Positions 53,399-64,000 of a stretch of DNA of 64,000 bases are shown here, piece by piece (the first letter of the stretch is position 1; every line of letters starts with the position of its first letter). Source of the stretch: an uncultured delta proteobacterium (lineage in GTDB: Bacteria; Desulfobacterota; Desulfobacteria; Desulfobacterales; Desulfatirhabdiaceae); contig CAWBKP010000015.1 of assembly GCA_963789395.1 (NCBI GenBank), positions 64,001 to 128,000 on the forward strand, read 5' to 3'. The notes under the pieces are model-generated. The model saw nothing but the letters and a program-made list of their open reading frames with translations. It was not told the origin of the DNA and searched no databases. The translations under genes and the position numbers were made by a program.

Positions 53399-55159
53399 TC
53401 ACATCCCATACCCGCCATTTTGACCGAATCGACTCTGAACGCGCTCCATAACGGCCTGAGCTGTTTTTTCTTTCATAATGTCGCGGAGAAACCGTCGCGT
53501 TTCTTTCACATTCAAGGATCGAATCGTCTGTTTGGCCAGGGGAATGGCGTTCGGGTTCATGCTGAATTCCTGAATGCCAAGCCCCATCAGGACGGGAATG
53601 TGAAGGGGATCTCCTGCCATTTCCCCGCACATGAACACTTTTTTCCCTTTTGCCAGAGCCGCATCCACGATCTGCCGAAGCAGGCGTAAAATCGCCGGAT
53701 GCAGCGGATTAAAGAGATAGGCCACCTGACGGTTTCCCCGATCGATGGCCAGTGAAAACTGAATCAGGTCATTGGTGCCGATGCTGAAAAAGTCGACGGC
53801 ATCCGCCAGAATATCGGACAGGATGACCGCAGAAGGCACTTCAATCATGATTCCGATTTCGATGTCGCGGTCATGCTTAATTCCCTCTGCTGTCAACTCA
53901 TCCGATACCGTATCGAGCATGGCTTTGGCTTCCTGAATTTCTTCATAACCGGAAATCATGGGGAATAAAATGCGGACATTCCCGTAAACCGCTGCCCGTA
54001 AAATGGCGCGAAGCTGGGTTTTGAAGACATCCGGATGCCTGAGGCAAAACCGGATAGCCCGAAGTCCCAGTGCCGGATTGTCCTCAGCGCTTTCTGTCGG
54101 CCGGTCAAGCGCTTTGTCTCCGTTGATGTCCAGCGTGCGGATGGTTACCGGTTTCGGCGCCACGACTTCCACAACATCTTTATACTTGTCAAAGAGCTCG
54201 GCTTCACCGGGATAATCCGGTCGGCCCAGGTATTGAAATTCGGTCCGGTACAGGCCGATGCCGTCTCCCCCGTGATCCAGCACGGAAACGATCTCTTCGG
54301 GAAGTTCGATATTGCCCATTACCATAATCCGGTGACCGTCAAGGGTAACCGCATCCAGATGACTCTGCCGGTCAAGCGCCGCCATGCGAATTTCATACTG
54401 AATCCGCCGTTCTTCATACGTAACGAGGGTCTGCTCGGAAGGATGAATAATAACGGTGCCGGAAATGCCATCCACGATAATCAGATCATCGTTACAAATG
54501 GTTTTTGTCGCATGATCCAGACCGGAGACCGCCGGAATCCCCAGCGATCTGGCAATTATACTGGTATGCGATGTTCCGCCGCCCTTGTCCGTGACAAAAC
54601 CCTTGACGCGTTCCAGTTGAATCTGGCTGGTCTGAGCCGGAGACAAATCCATGGCAACCAGTATCACGCGCTTATCAATCGAAGCAATATTGATTTTTTC
54701 AGATCCCACAAGTGCCTGCAGGATTCTGTCCGATACATGTCCGATGTCAATGGCACGTTCCTTCAAATACGGATCGGACATATTCAGAAACATGGTCTTC
54801 AGGGAAGAAACCACTTTTTTCAGGGCCCATTCGGCATTGATTAGATCCGATTCGATGATTTCAATAGTTTTTTCGTAAAGCAGCTTGTCTTTCAGCAGGA
54901 TGACATGGGTCTCGAGGATGTCGATATGTTCCTTTAGCGCATCGGGCGTATTCTCGATGATGGCGCGAAGTTCGATTTTGGCTTTTTTAACAGCCAATTT
55001 GAATCGCTTGATCTCCGAATGAACATGGAGCTGAGAGATATGATATTTTTCGACAACATCGACCCCTTCCACATCGACCAGATATGCTTTTCCAATGCAG
55101 ATGCCCGGAGATACGCCGATACCGGTAAGAATGATTTCCCGAGGGTCGCTATCTGTCAT
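53399..55159 (-). CDS. ptsI: PEP-protein phosphotransferase (PTS Enzyme I)
   Basis: GGGTSHTSI (phospho-His), GLYRTEF, NPALGLR, IGTNDL and CGEMA motifs. Confidence 0.95.
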   Translation of the reverse strand: MTDSDPREIILTGIGVSPGICIGKAYLVDVEGVDVVEKYHISQLHVHSEIKRFKLAVKKAKIELRAIIENTPDALKEHIDILETHVILLKDKLLYEKTIEIIESDLINAEWALKKVVSSLKTMFLNMSDPYLKERAIDIGHVSDRILQALVGSEKINIASIDKRVILVAMDLSPAQTSQIQLERVKGFVTDKGGGTSHTSIIARSLGIPAVSGLDHATKTICNDDLIIVDGISGTVIIHPSEQTLVTYEERRIQYEIRMAALDRQSHLDAVTLDGHRIMVMGNIELPEEIVSVLDHGGDGIGLYRTEFQYLGRPDYPGEAELFDKYKDVVEVVAPKPVTIRTLDINGDKALDRPTESAEDNPALGLRAIRFCLRHPDVFKTQLRAILRAAVYGNVRILFPMISGYEEIQEAKAMLDTVSDELTAEGIKHDRDIEIGIMIEVPSAVILSDILADAVDFFSIGTNDLIQFSLAIDRGNRQVAYLFNPLHPAILRLLRQIVDAALAKGKKVFMCGEMAGDPLHIPVLMGLGIQEFSMNPNAIPLAKQTIRSLNVKETRRFLRDIMKEKTAQAVMERVQSRFGQNGGYGM

Positions 55160-55161
55160 GG

Positions 55162-55443
55162 TCAATTCTCTCCGAAACCGCTTTCAGCCAGGGTTGCAAT
55201 CGCATTCAATGTCTCCATATCCTCAGCATTTTCAACAGCGAACCGAATTGGGGATCCCTTGGGGCAATACAGGGAAAGGATATCAATAATGCTTTTGGCA
55301 TCAACCTGTTCCCCATCGCTGATCATCCAGACTCTGGATACAGCCTTTGCGGCAAGCATGGCAATCTGAGCCGCGGGCCGGGCGTGAAGCCCCAGAGAAT
55401 TGATAAGCGTAACATCCTTTGTAATCATGGTATTTTCTGTCAT
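55162..55443 (-). CDS. ptsH: Phosphocarrier protein HPr
   Basis: GLHARPAA (His15) and DAKSI (Ser46) motifs. Confidence 0.92.
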   Translation of the reverse strand: MTENTMITKDVTLINSLGLHARPAAQIAMLAAKAVSRVWMISDGEQVDAKSIIDILSLYCPKGSPIRFAVENAEDMETLNAIATLAESGFGEN

Positions 55444-55747
55444 TTCAATCGACTTTTTTTGAAACGGTCGCCCTTGCAAAAACCTGTCTGATTTTATATT
55501 TATTTATTGCGTGTATAATTCTGGTAACGATTTATCAACAAAAGCAAATATTTGTCAATCCGCGAACCATTTCAGTTGCTTCATCCGTTAGCCGATCCAG
55601 TGCTTTCCGGGTTGTGGCAAACGGTTTTTAGTGGTAATAATCACACTCAAAAATTTGCAGCGTAATCGATGCTTCAGCGATAACGGCTAAACAGACTGAG
55701 CCCATGAAAAAGACACTGGAGAAATCGTCGGTCATAATTGAGGTAAA

Positions 55748-57313
55748 ATGACGAATCCGAATACCATTAACGCACAGCAATTGCTCCTGGCAGGTTCCAG
55801 CGGCGCACTGCTGACCGCATCGTTTCCCAGCATCGGAATGCCTTGGCTGGCCTGGATCGCTCTGGTTCCACTGATGATTTCGCTAAGGGGCATGTCCGCT
55901 AAAAACGGTTTCCGGCTGGGATTATTGACCGGCGGCGTGCATTTCTTGACACTGATGTACTGGCTGATCCATACCTTGATGACATTCGGCCACCTGCCTT
56001 TTTATTTAAGCGTGCCGATTCTTTTTTTACTTGTCGTTTACATGGCGCTTTATCCGGCCACGTTTGCAGCGGCTTTTTCATGGACCGATACCCAGTCCCC
56101 ATGGTTTTTATCGGCAATGCCGGCGGTATGGGTTGCCCTGGAATATTTCCGGTCGTTTTTTTTATCCGGATTCCCCTGGGAATTTCTGGGATATTCACAG
56201 TACCGCCAGATAACGCTGATTCAGGCAGCCGACATCGCAGGCGTGTATGGCATTTCATTTGTAATCCTTTCGGTAAATGTTGCAGGATTTTTGATATGGC
56301 GGTATCTTTCAGAAAGGCGGCTGCCGAGCGCTTTACAAAACCGACGTTTGGCAGCATACGGCATAGCCGTTTCCGCCCTTCTGCTGCTTTATACGCTGGG
56401 ATATGGCCAGTGGCGCATCAGCTCTCTCGATTCGAAAATATCCAAATCACCAGCCCGGAAAATCGCCATTGTTCAGGGCAATATTGATCAGACTATCAAA
56501 TGGGATCCGGCTTTCCAGACCTCGACAATCGATAAATACATCGCGCTTTCCAAATCGGCAAAACCATCAACCCCCGATTTGATTGTCTGGCCTGAAACCT
56601 CTGCACCGTTTTATTTTCTCTATAATGCCAGCCAGACGGAAAGAGTCATTCAAGGTGTCCGGGAAACCGGAACCAGTTTTTTGATCGGCAGCCCATCCTT
56701 TATCCGACAGGGGAACCATCAAACCGATTTTTTCAACAGTGCGTTTCTGATTGATCCGAACGGGAACGTGGCCGGAAAATACGATAAGGTGCATCTTGTG
56801 CCGTTTGGTGAATATGTTCCGCTGCAGCAATGGTTTCCGTTTATTGGAAAAATTGTCGAGGAAGTCGGAGATTTCAAGTCCGGCCAAAAAGGCCAGACCC
56901 TGGCCTGGGGAGAATTTCCACTGGGGATTCAGATCTGCTATGAAATGATTTTCCCGGATCTATCCAGGGAAATGACCAGAAACCATGCGGCTTTCTTAAT
57001 TAACATGACAAATGATGCCTGGTATGGTAATACCGGTGCACCGTATCAGCATTTTTCCATGGCCGTTTTCAGGGCTGTTGAAAACCACAGGTCACTGATC
57101 CGCTCCGCCAATACCGGCATCAGCGGGTTTATTGATCCGGCAGGCAGGATTATTGCCTCAACACCACTGTTTGAGGATGCGGTGGTCACCCGTTCCATGC
57201 CCGTTTTAAAAACAGAATCTTTTTATACACGACACGGCGATGTTTTCGCCTTAACCTGCATGGCAATCAGCATCCTTTTGTGTTTTTTCTGCGTCATCAG
57301 CCCAAAAAAATAA
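55748..57313 (+). CDS. lnt: Apolipoprotein N-acyltransferase
   Basis: GFPW, VQGNI, WPE, KVHLVPFGEY, ICYE, NDAW and ANTGIS motifs. Confidence 0.95.
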   Translation: MTNPNTINAQQLLLAGSSGALLTASFPSIGMPWLAWIALVPLMISLRGMSAKNGFRLGLLTGGVHFLTLMYWLIHTLMTFGHLPFYLSVPILFLLVVYMALYPATFAAAFSWTDTQSPWFLSAMPAVWVALEYFRSFFLSGFPWEFLGYSQYRQITLIQAADIAGVYGISFVILSVNVAGFLIWRYLSERRLPSALQNRRLAAYGIAVSALLLLYTLGYGQWRISSLDSKISKSPARKIAIVQGNIDQTIKWDPAFQTSTIDKYIALSKSAKPSTPDLIVWPETSAPFYFLYNASQTERVIQGVRETGTSFLIGSPSFIRQGNHQTDFFNSAFLIDPNGNVAGKYDKVHLVPFGEYVPLQQWFPFIGKIVEEVGDFKSGQKGQTLAWGEFPLGIQICYEMIFPDLSREMTRNHAAFLINMTNDAWYGNTGAPYQHFSMAVFRAVENHRSLIRSANTGISGFIDPAGRIIASTPLFEDAVVTRSMPVLKTESFYTRHGDVFALTCMAISILLCFFCVISPKK

Positions 57314-57373
57314 TTCACAGCCAAACACCATACAACTGGCCATACCAATCACTCATCACTAAGGAGGCGCATC

Positions 57374-58484
57374 ATGTCTTTGGAAATCAAACAGACCATA
57401 AAGGAACTGAGTCAAAAATTAGAGCCATTCAAGGGGTATCTTTGACCTGGCTGGCAAGGAACGGCGACTGAAGGAAATCGAGGCCATGATTGCCGGCAAG
57501 TCTTTCTGGGACAATCCGGAAAAAACCACGGCCGTATTAAAAGAACGCACCCTGCTGTCCACAAAGGTCAGCGGCTTTAACAGTCTTTACCGGGATCTGG
57601 AAGACAGCGAGATCCTGTTGAACCTGGCGATGGAGGAATCCGACGCGGAAGCCCTCGGCGACGTCGTGCGGCAACTGGCTCAGATTGAAAAACGCATTCA
57701 GGATCTTTCCTTAAGCCTGATGCTGGATGGGGAAGACGATCCCAATAACGCCATTGTCTCCATTACAGCAGGTGCCGGCGGAACCGAGGCCCAGGACTGG
57801 TCTGAAATGCTGTTTCGCATGTATGCCCGGTGGATCGAGCGGAAAAACTTCAAGATGGAGATTGTGGATTACCAGCCGGGCGATGAAGCCGGCCTCAAGG
57901 GTGCAACCTTTACCGTGACAGGTGAATACGCATATGGATATTTAAAATCCGAAAACGGCATTCACCGCCTGGTCCGCATCTCGCCGTTCAACGCCAACGG
58001 CAAACGTCAGACCTCGTTTTCATCGGTTTTTGTCTATCCGGAGCTGAGCAACGAAATCGTCGTGGATATCGATGAAAAAGATCTGCGTGTCGATGTGTTT
58101 CGGGCAAGCGGAGCCGGCGGTCAGCATGTCAATAAGACCAGCAGCGCGGTCCGGATTACCCATCTGCCCTCCGGGATCGTTGTGGCGTGCCAGCAGGAAA
58201 GGTCCCAGCACCGCAACAAGGACATGGCCATGAAAGTGCTGCGCTCCAGGCTCTACCAGCTTGAAAAACAGCGGCAGGACGACAAGCTTCAGGAAATGCA
58301 CGACACAAAGGATGAAATCGCCTGGGGAAGACAGATCCGCTCTTATATCCTTCACCCTTATCAAATGGTCAAGGACCACCGCATAGACCTGGACATCGGC
58401 AATGCCCAGGATGTACTGGACGGCTCTCTGGACCCGTTTATCGAAGGGGTGCTGATGGCCGGAAAGTCACGGGGAGTAACATAA
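57374..58484 (+). CDS. prfB: Peptide chain release factor 2 (programmed +1 frameshift)
   Basis: A 23-codon first ORF ends AAGGGG TAT CTT TGA C at 57431-57446; the downstream frame has SPF and GGQ motifs. Confidence 0.96.
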
Positions 58485-58487
58485 AAC

Positions 58488-59063
58488 TTGGACCCCCTGG
58501 ATGTGATCGCCGCAAACTGCCCGAAAGGCTCTGCTGTCTATGGAATCCTGGTGACGCACAGCACCCTTGTGGCGCAAAAAGCCCTTGCCCTTGCCCGCCG
58601 CCTCGGCCATCTGAATCCGGACTTGGCGTTTATCTACGAGGCGGCCATGCTTCATGACATCGGTATTATCATGACCAACACACCGGAGCTGGGCTGCACC
58701 GGCGCCCTTCCCTATATCTGTCACGGAGTCTCGGGAAGAACGATTCTGGAAAGTGCCGGTTTGGCGCGGCACGGACTGGTCTGCGAACGTCATGTCGGCG
58801 TGGGGATCACGGTAGAAAACATTCGATCCGGGAAACTGCCCATCCCCCTTCGTGACATGACACCGCAGACGCTTGAAGAGCAGATCATCTGTTATGCGGA
58901 TAAATTTTATTCAAAGAACGGCCATCAACACCAGGCGGTAGAAAAGTCGGCGGAAGAGATCGTCCGCAGTCTCAGCCCCTATGGCCAGGACAATGTGGAC
59001 CGCTTTATGTCCTGGCATCGGCTGTTTGAAAGCCCCCGAAGCCCTCAGTTTTCTCAGGGCTGA
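58488..59063 (+). CDS. HD (HDIG) domain phosphohydrolase
   Basis: H...LHDIG...HG...ERHVG...YADK motifs. Confidence 0.85.
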   Translation: MDPLDVIAANCPKGSAVYGILVTHSTLVAQKALALARRLGHLNPDLAFIYEAAMLHDIGIIMTNTPELGCTGALPYICHGVSGRTILESAGLARHGLVCERHVGVGITVENIRSGKLPIPLRDMTPQTLEEQIICYADKFYSKNGHQHQAVEKSAEEIVRSLSPYGQDNVDRFMSWHRLFESPRSPQFSQG

Positions 59064-59836
59064 AGGGTGTTCAGCTGATTGTTTTCTTTAAAAAGCACGC
59101 TTTTCAGCCATGTCATCCCATAGGCCAGCAGCGCCACATCATCGGTTTTAATTTTTTCCAATGTCTGGTCATCAATCGGATAACGCGTGAGAAATGAGCT
59201 CTCCAGAACAAACTCCCGAAACCGGTCGATATCATAACTGACCATGAAAAACAGCTGTTTGGCTTTTTCCGTAAGCTGAACATTCATAGGGAAAGATCGC
59301 TTGCGAACGACAAGATCCGTCCACCCCGCATTGATCTCGTCATGAACATCCACTCCCTGATCCCGGCGCCACTCCCCAACGGTCCAGTTCCTGTCTTCTT
59401 CAAAACCCTTGCAGTGCGGCTCTTCGATCATTATATAAAAACCTTCATCGTCTGCGCCTTCCTTGTGACTGAGAGAGGCGACACCGACAGGATAATACCG
59501 GCAGGTGGTGGGCCGATCCGTATAGACCAGACATCCATCGTCCCGGACAAACGGGCAGGATCTGGAATCATCATCCAGAAGTTTCAGCAGAACCAGCGGC
59601 AGGTCGGTTTTTTCAAGCAACTGAGGAACCGTATACAGGGCCAGAAACTGGCCGGATGTCAAATCCAGCCGCTTTTTCAGAAGAATGATATCATACGGCG
59701 TTAAAATGATGCTGATCCCTCTGCAGCACCGGGTAAAACAACTGACATCTTTGTGACACCGAAACTTGAACCGACTCTCCAGGCCCAGTCGAACCGGTTC
59801 AATCCGTGCCTGGTTGTCATGTTGATCAACATTCAT
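59054..59836 (-). CDS. YkgJ-family cysteine-cluster protein
   Basis: FRC...CFTRCC, CPF...CLVYTDRPTTCRYYP; AAGGA RBS before the ATG at 59836. Confidence 0.85.
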   Translation of the reverse strand: MNVDQHDNQARIEPVRLGLESRFKFRCHKDVSCFTRCCRGISIILTPYDIILLKKRLDLTSGQFLALYTVPQLLEKTDLPLVLLKLLDDDSRSCPFVRDDGCLVYTDRPTTCRYYPVGVASLSHKEGADDEGFYIMIEEPHCKGFEEDRNWTVGEWRRDQGVDVHDEINAGWTDLVVRKRSFPMNVQLTEKAKQLFFMVSYDIDRFREFVLESSFLTRYPIDDQTLEKIKTDDVALLAYGMTWLKSVLFKENNQLNTLQP

Positions 59837-60060
59837 ATTACATTTCCTTTCAACAACTTCATTTTTTTCAAATTTATATCGAAGCGGCAATTTAATGTCA
59901 ACGTAATCATTTTTTAGCGCCATAAAAGTCCGTTTGTAAATATTATGCATATCATGTTAATGTAATTGTTTATTTAGAATAGATGTCTTGATAAATAAAC
60001 CGGTCTCGATTATCAGGCCAAAAAATCTTCTGGCATTCACGGAATCGCCTGAGTCATCAC

Positions 60061-60927
60061 TTGCAAGAGGGGGCGCCCATCGACATCATACCATTAAAAA
60101 CCGAGATGAAGGCATTGTCAAACCGCCTGAGAATACAGGGAAAAACCATCGCATTTGTTCCCACGATGGGCTATCTTCACGAAGGCCATCTGTCGCTCAT
60201 GCGACTGGCCCGGAGCTTGGCCGATACGCTGGTGGTCAGTATTTTTGTCAATCCCACGCAGTTCGGGCCCGGTGAAGATCTTGGCGCCTATCCCCGGAAC
60301 TTTGAAGGAGATGCGTCTCTTTGCCAAAAAGAAGGAGTGGATGTTCTTTTCTATCCATCCGCAGCGGAGATGTACGGCCCCCATTTTCAGACATTCATTA
60401 CCCTTGAAAAGCTTCCGCTTCACCTCTGCGGCATCTCGAGACCGTCTTTTTTCAGAGGGGTTGCAACCGTCGTGACCAAGCTTTTCAATATCGTCAAACC
60501 CCACACAGCCGTATTCGGCCAGAAGGATTATCAGCAGGTCATGGTCATTCGGCAACTGGTTCAGGATCTGGATCTGGACATCCAGATCACCAGCGGCCCC
60601 ACTGTCCGCGAACCGGACGGACTTGCCATGAGCTCCCGCAATGCATACCTGAGCGCATCCCAAAGGCCGTCCGCCCTGAGCCTGTATCAGGCGCTTTGCA
60701 AGACCCGGAACCAGCTTGAAAATGGACTGATTGACGCAAAGGCCCTGATTCAGTCGGCAGCCAACCTGATCCTGTCTTTTCCTGAAACCGCCATCGACTA
60801 CATCGCCATCTGCGATCCGGATACGCTGGAGGACATGCAAACCATCGACAGGCCTGCAGTCATGGCGCTTGCCGTAAAAGTCGGCAAAACCCGCCTGATT
60901 GACAACATGATCCTGGCACCACAATAA
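60061..60927 (+). CDS. panC: Pantoate--beta-alanine ligase
   Basis: [29 protein letters not shown] and RLIDN motifs. The start codon is uncertain. Confidence 0.95.
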   Translation: MQEGAPIDIIPLKTEMKALSNRLRIQGKTIAFVPTMGYLHEGHLSLMRLARSLADTLVVSIFVNPTQFGPGEDLGAYPRNFEGDASLCQKEGVDVLFYPSAAEMYGPHFQTFITLEKLPLHLCGISRPSFFRGVATVVTKLFNIVKPHTAVFGQKDYQQVMVIRQLVQDLDLDIQITSGPTVREPDGLAMSSRNAYLSASQRPSALSLYQALCKTRNQLENGLIDAKALIQSAANLILSFPETAIDYIAICDPDTLEDMQTIDRPAVMALAVKVGKTRLIDNMILAPQ

Positions 60928-60992
60928 TAGCCATTTTACTTCCCCGACGGACACCGAAAGGGAACCCAATTGAGATGAAACAAGGAGAACTC

Positions 60993-62159
60993 ATGAGCGA
61001 AAAATTCTTTTTTACTTCTGAATCCGTAACCGAAGGACATCCGGACAAGGTTGCGGACGCGGTATCGGATTCCATTCTGGATGCCATTATGGCTCAGGAT
61101 AAAAACTGCCGGGTCGCCTGTGAAACACTGGTCACCACTGGCCTGGTATTTATTGCCGGAGAAATTTCAACGGCCTGTTATGTGGAAATGCCTGAAATCG
61201 CCCGAAACACGATCAAGGAAATCGGCTATCATTCGTCCCAGATGGGCTTTGACTGGAGAACCTGCTCGGTGCTGACCAGCATCGACCACCAGTCTCCGGA
61301 TATCGCACAGGGCGTCAATGCCGGCGAAGGGCTGTACAAGGAACAGGGCGCGGGGGACCAGGGACTCATGTTCGGATTTGCCACGGATGAAACCCCCGAG
61401 CTCATGCCCATGCCCCTGATGTATGCCCACAAACTCTGCCATCGTCTGGCAACGGTCCGCAAAAACGGAAGCCTCGATTTTCTCCGACCGGACGGCAAGT
61501 CTCAGGTGACCATTGAATATGAAGACGGCATCCCCAGACGGGTGGATACCATTGTCATTGCCGCCCAGCACAAGGCCGACGTCACTTATGAAGATCTGAA
61601 GGAAGCCATCATCGAGGAAGTCATTCGAAAAGTCATCCCCAGGCACATGATGGATGGCGACACCCGTTATTATATCAATGCCACGGGAAAATTCGTCATC
61701 GGCGGCCCCATGGGGGACTGCGGTCTTACCGGAAGAAAAATCATCGTCGATACCTACGGCGGACAGGGAAGCCACGGCGGCGGCTGTTTTTCAGGAAAAG
61801 ACCCCTCCAAGGTGGATCGCAGCGCCTCCTATATGGCCCGGCATGTGGCCAAGAATATCGTTGCCGCCGGAATCGCCAAAAAATGCGAAATTCAGATCGC
61901 TTATGCCATTGGCGTTGCCGAACCCGTATCCATCATGATCGACATGATGGGAACCGGCCTGATTCCCAAGGAAAGGGTCAAGGAAATCGTTCTGGAAGTA
62001 TTTGACCTGAGGCCGGCTGCCATCATCGAGCATCTGGACCTGTTGCGCCCCATCTACAGAAAAACCGCCGCTTATGGCCATTTTGGCAGAAATGAGCCGG
62101 AATTTACCTGGGAAAACACGCAGATATCCAGCATCCTCAGGGAAAAAGCCGGAATTTAA
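60993..62159 (+). CDS. metK: S-adenosylmethionine synthetase
   Basis: [27 protein letters not shown] and SGKDPSKVD motifs. Confidence 0.97.
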   Translation: MSEKFFFTSESVTEGHPDKVADAVSDSILDAIMAQDKNCRVACETLVTTGLVFIAGEISTACYVEMPEIARNTIKEIGYHSSQMGFDWRTCSVLTSIDHQSPDIAQGVNAGEGLYKEQGAGDQGLMFGFATDETPELMPMPLMYAHKLCHRLATVRKNGSLDFLRPDGKSQVTIEYEDGIPRRVDTIVIAAQHKADVTYEDLKEAIIEEVIRKVIPRHMMDGDTRYYINATGKFVIGGPMGDCGLTGRKIIVDTYGGQGSHGGGCFSGKDPSKVDRSASYMARHVAKNIVAAGIAKKCEIQIAYAIGVAEPVSIMIDMMGTGLIPKERVKEIVLEVFDLRPAAIIEHLDLLRPIYRKTAAYGHFGRNEPEFTWENTQISSILREKAGI

Positions 62160-62182
62160 TCAAACTAAAGGAGATCAACATA

Positions 62183-63601
62183 GTGTTAGATATTGACCTT
62201 TCGCTTCCTTACAAGGTTGCCGATATGTCGCTTGCGGATTTTGGAAACAAGGAAATGAGGCTGGCTGAAAATGAAATGCCGGGCCTGATGTCTGTCCGGG
62301 AAAAATACGGCCCCTCAAAACCCCTCAAGGGGTTAAAAATCATGGGCAGCCTTCACATGACCATTCAAACCGCCATGCTCATCGAAACCCTGAAGATTCT
62401 GGGTGCAGATCTTCGCTGGGCCACCTGCAATATTTTTTCAACCCAGGACCATGCCGCGGCAGCCATCGCGAAAAATGGCTCGGCGGCCGTATTTGCCTGG
62501 AAAGGCGAGTCCCTGGAAGAATTCTGGTGGTGCACGGAGCAGGCACTGCTCTGGCCGGACGGAACCGGCCCGGACCTGATTGTGGATGACGGCGGAGATG
62601 CCACGCTCTATGTCCACCAGGGCGTGGCAATCGAAAAGAACCCGTCCCTTCTGGATCAGACTTACGACAGCATGGATATGCAGTGCTTAATGGCCAGAAT
62701 GAAGGCCAGTTACCGGAAAGATCCGAAACTGTGGACAAGAATCGCGGCAAATATCCGCGGGGTTTCTGAAGAGACCACAACCGGCGTTCACCGGCTCTAT
62801 CATCTTGCCCGAAATGGCGAGCTGCTGTTTCCGGCATTTAACGTCAATGACTCGGTCACCAAATCCAAGTTCGACAACCTCTACGGATGCCGGGAATCCC
62901 TGGCGGACGGCATCAAGCGGGCAACCGACATCATGATTGCCGGAAAAGTGGCGGTGATCTGCGGATACGGCGATGTGGGAAAAGGATGCGCCCAGTCCAT
63001 GCGGGGATTCGGCGCCAGAGTCATCATCACGGAAATCGACCCGATCTGTGCGCTTCAGGCAGCCATGGAAGGCTATCAGGTCATGACCATGGAAGAGGCT
63101 GCGCCGCTTGGCGATATCTTTGTCACGGCCACGGGCTGCTACCATGTCATCACCGGAAGCCACATGGAAAAGATGAAACATGAGGCCATCATCTGCAACA
63201 TCGGCCATTTCGACAACGAGATCCAGATGACTTATCTGGAAAGCAACCCCAAATGCGTCAAAGAGAACATCAAGCCCCAGGTGGACAAATGGACCCTGGA
63301 GTCCGGCAGGTCCATCCTGATTCTGGCAGAAGGCAGGCTGGTCAATCTGGGATGCGCCACGGGTCATCCCAGTTTTGTCATGAGCAACAGCTTTACCAAC
63401 CAGTGCATGGCCCAGATTGCCCTGGCAACCCAGAAACATGAATGCAGGGTCTATACCCTGCCAAAGCTCCTGGATGAAGAAGTCGCCAGACTTCACCTCG
63501 GGAAACTCGGCGCAAAACTCACCCGGCTGACACCTTTTCAGGCTGATTATCTGGGCGTACCGGCTGAAGGGCCGTTCAAGCCGGATCATTACCGATATTG
63601 A
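62183..63601 (+). CDS. ahcY: Adenosylhomocysteinase
   Basis: [39 protein letters not shown] and GHPS motifs. Confidence 0.97.
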   Translation: MLDIDLSLPYKVADMSLADFGNKEMRLAENEMPGLMSVREKYGPSKPLKGLKIMGSLHMTIQTAMLIETLKILGADLRWATCNIFSTQDHAAAAIAKNGSAAVFAWKGESLEEFWWCTEQALLWPDGTGPDLIVDDGGDATLYVHQGVAIEKNPSLLDQTYDSMDMQCLMARMKASYRKDPKLWTRIAANIRGVSEETTTGVHRLYHLARNGELLFPAFNVNDSVTKSKFDNLYGCRESLADGIKRATDIMIAGKVAVICGYGDVGKGCAQSMRGFGARVIITEIDPICALQAAMEGYQVMTMEEAAPLGDIFVTATGCYHVITGSHMEKMKHEAIICNIGHFDNEIQMTYLESNPKCVKENIKPQVDKWTLESGRSILILAEGRLVNLGCATGHPSFVMSNSFTNQCMAQIALATQKHECRVYTLPKLLDEEVARLHLGKLGAKLTRLTPFQADYLGVPAEGPFKPDHYRY

Positions 63602-63677
63602 TGCAAGCAGTCAATGGGTCGTGGGTAGTGGGCGACAGGCTATTGTCGCCTTTTACCAACGACCCATTAGCCGGCTT

Positions 63678-63935
63678 TTATTTCCGGTTTTCTGCCAGCA
63701 ATTCCCGCGCCACCCGAATATCATACGCCTGCTTCGGGTCAAAATGCTTCTGGGTGTTCATCCGGGATGCCTCCAGAATGGCTCGATAGGGCATCCAGCC
63801 ATGCGTTTTCCAGAGTTCGGCATCATCTGCGCTCCACAACCTGAAGCAGATGACGTCTTCGTCGTCCTTCACATACATCCGCACACGCTTGTTATCCGGA
63901 AAAGGGTAATAGTAAATGCCGTTTTCATCTTTCAT
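63678..63935 (-). CDS. Hypothetical protein (85 aa)
   Basis: Protein-like composition (GIYYYPFP...FRLW...HGW); fills the gap convergent to ahcY. Confidence 0.6.
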   Translation of the reverse strand: MKDENGIYYYPFPDNKRVRMYVKDDEDVICFRLWSADDAELWKTHGWMPYRAILEASRMNTQKHFDPKQAYDIRVARELLAENRK

Positions 63936-64000
63936 AATAGGGTCTGTTGATCTTTCAATAATTCGGGTTACCGGGTTATAGTGAAACGTGCGGCTGCCAT

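Noticed and set aside
60928..60992. SAM or SAH riboswitch before metK-ahcY
   Set aside because: The spacer is only about 65 nt and shows no recognisable aptamer consensus.
50225..63589. Long antisense ORFs (50225-51229, 52433-53200, 54035-54844, 60118-60969, 62687-63589)
   Set aside because: They are shadow frames of conserved genes with no recognisable motifs.

Overview
Bacterial chromosome window. Gene content suggests an anaerobic Desulfobacterota-like organism (inference only). From left to right: (1) the start of the dcw cluster on the minus strand (mraZ-rsmH-ftsL-ftsI-murE partial); (2) a 9.4-kb acyl-CoA catabolic operon with two tandem acyl-CoA dehydrogenases, TetR, a PHP protein, two thiolase-fold proteins lacking the catalytic Cys, a CoA ligase-SCP2-DUF35 fusion and a DUF35-MaoC fusion, resembling the actinobacterial sterol side-chain retro-aldol machinery; (3) NifU-like scaffold, ilvE, a UDPGP-family pyrophosphorylase and AOR; (4) a damaged zone at about 19-39 kb where genes carry many frameshifts and about 12.7 kb is mostly poly-A/poly-T, most likely an assembly artefact overwriting a sigma54-driven sulfotransferase/FabF/LolA-like/outer-membrane-protein cluster; (5) a signalling neighbourhood with a PP2C phosphatase, MscS, an Mvh-like [NiFe]-hydrogenase dimer whose large subunit has no C-terminal maturation tail, a TusA-like protein and a soluble Cys-rich/HAMP/PAS hybrid kinase, a candidate new H2/redox-sensing module; (6) fadN-fadA behind a Bacillus-type FadR box; (7) housekeeping genes ptsI, ptsH, lnt, prfB (programmed frameshift), panC, metK and ahcY. 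No tRNA, rRNA, CRISPR array or mobile element was recognised.
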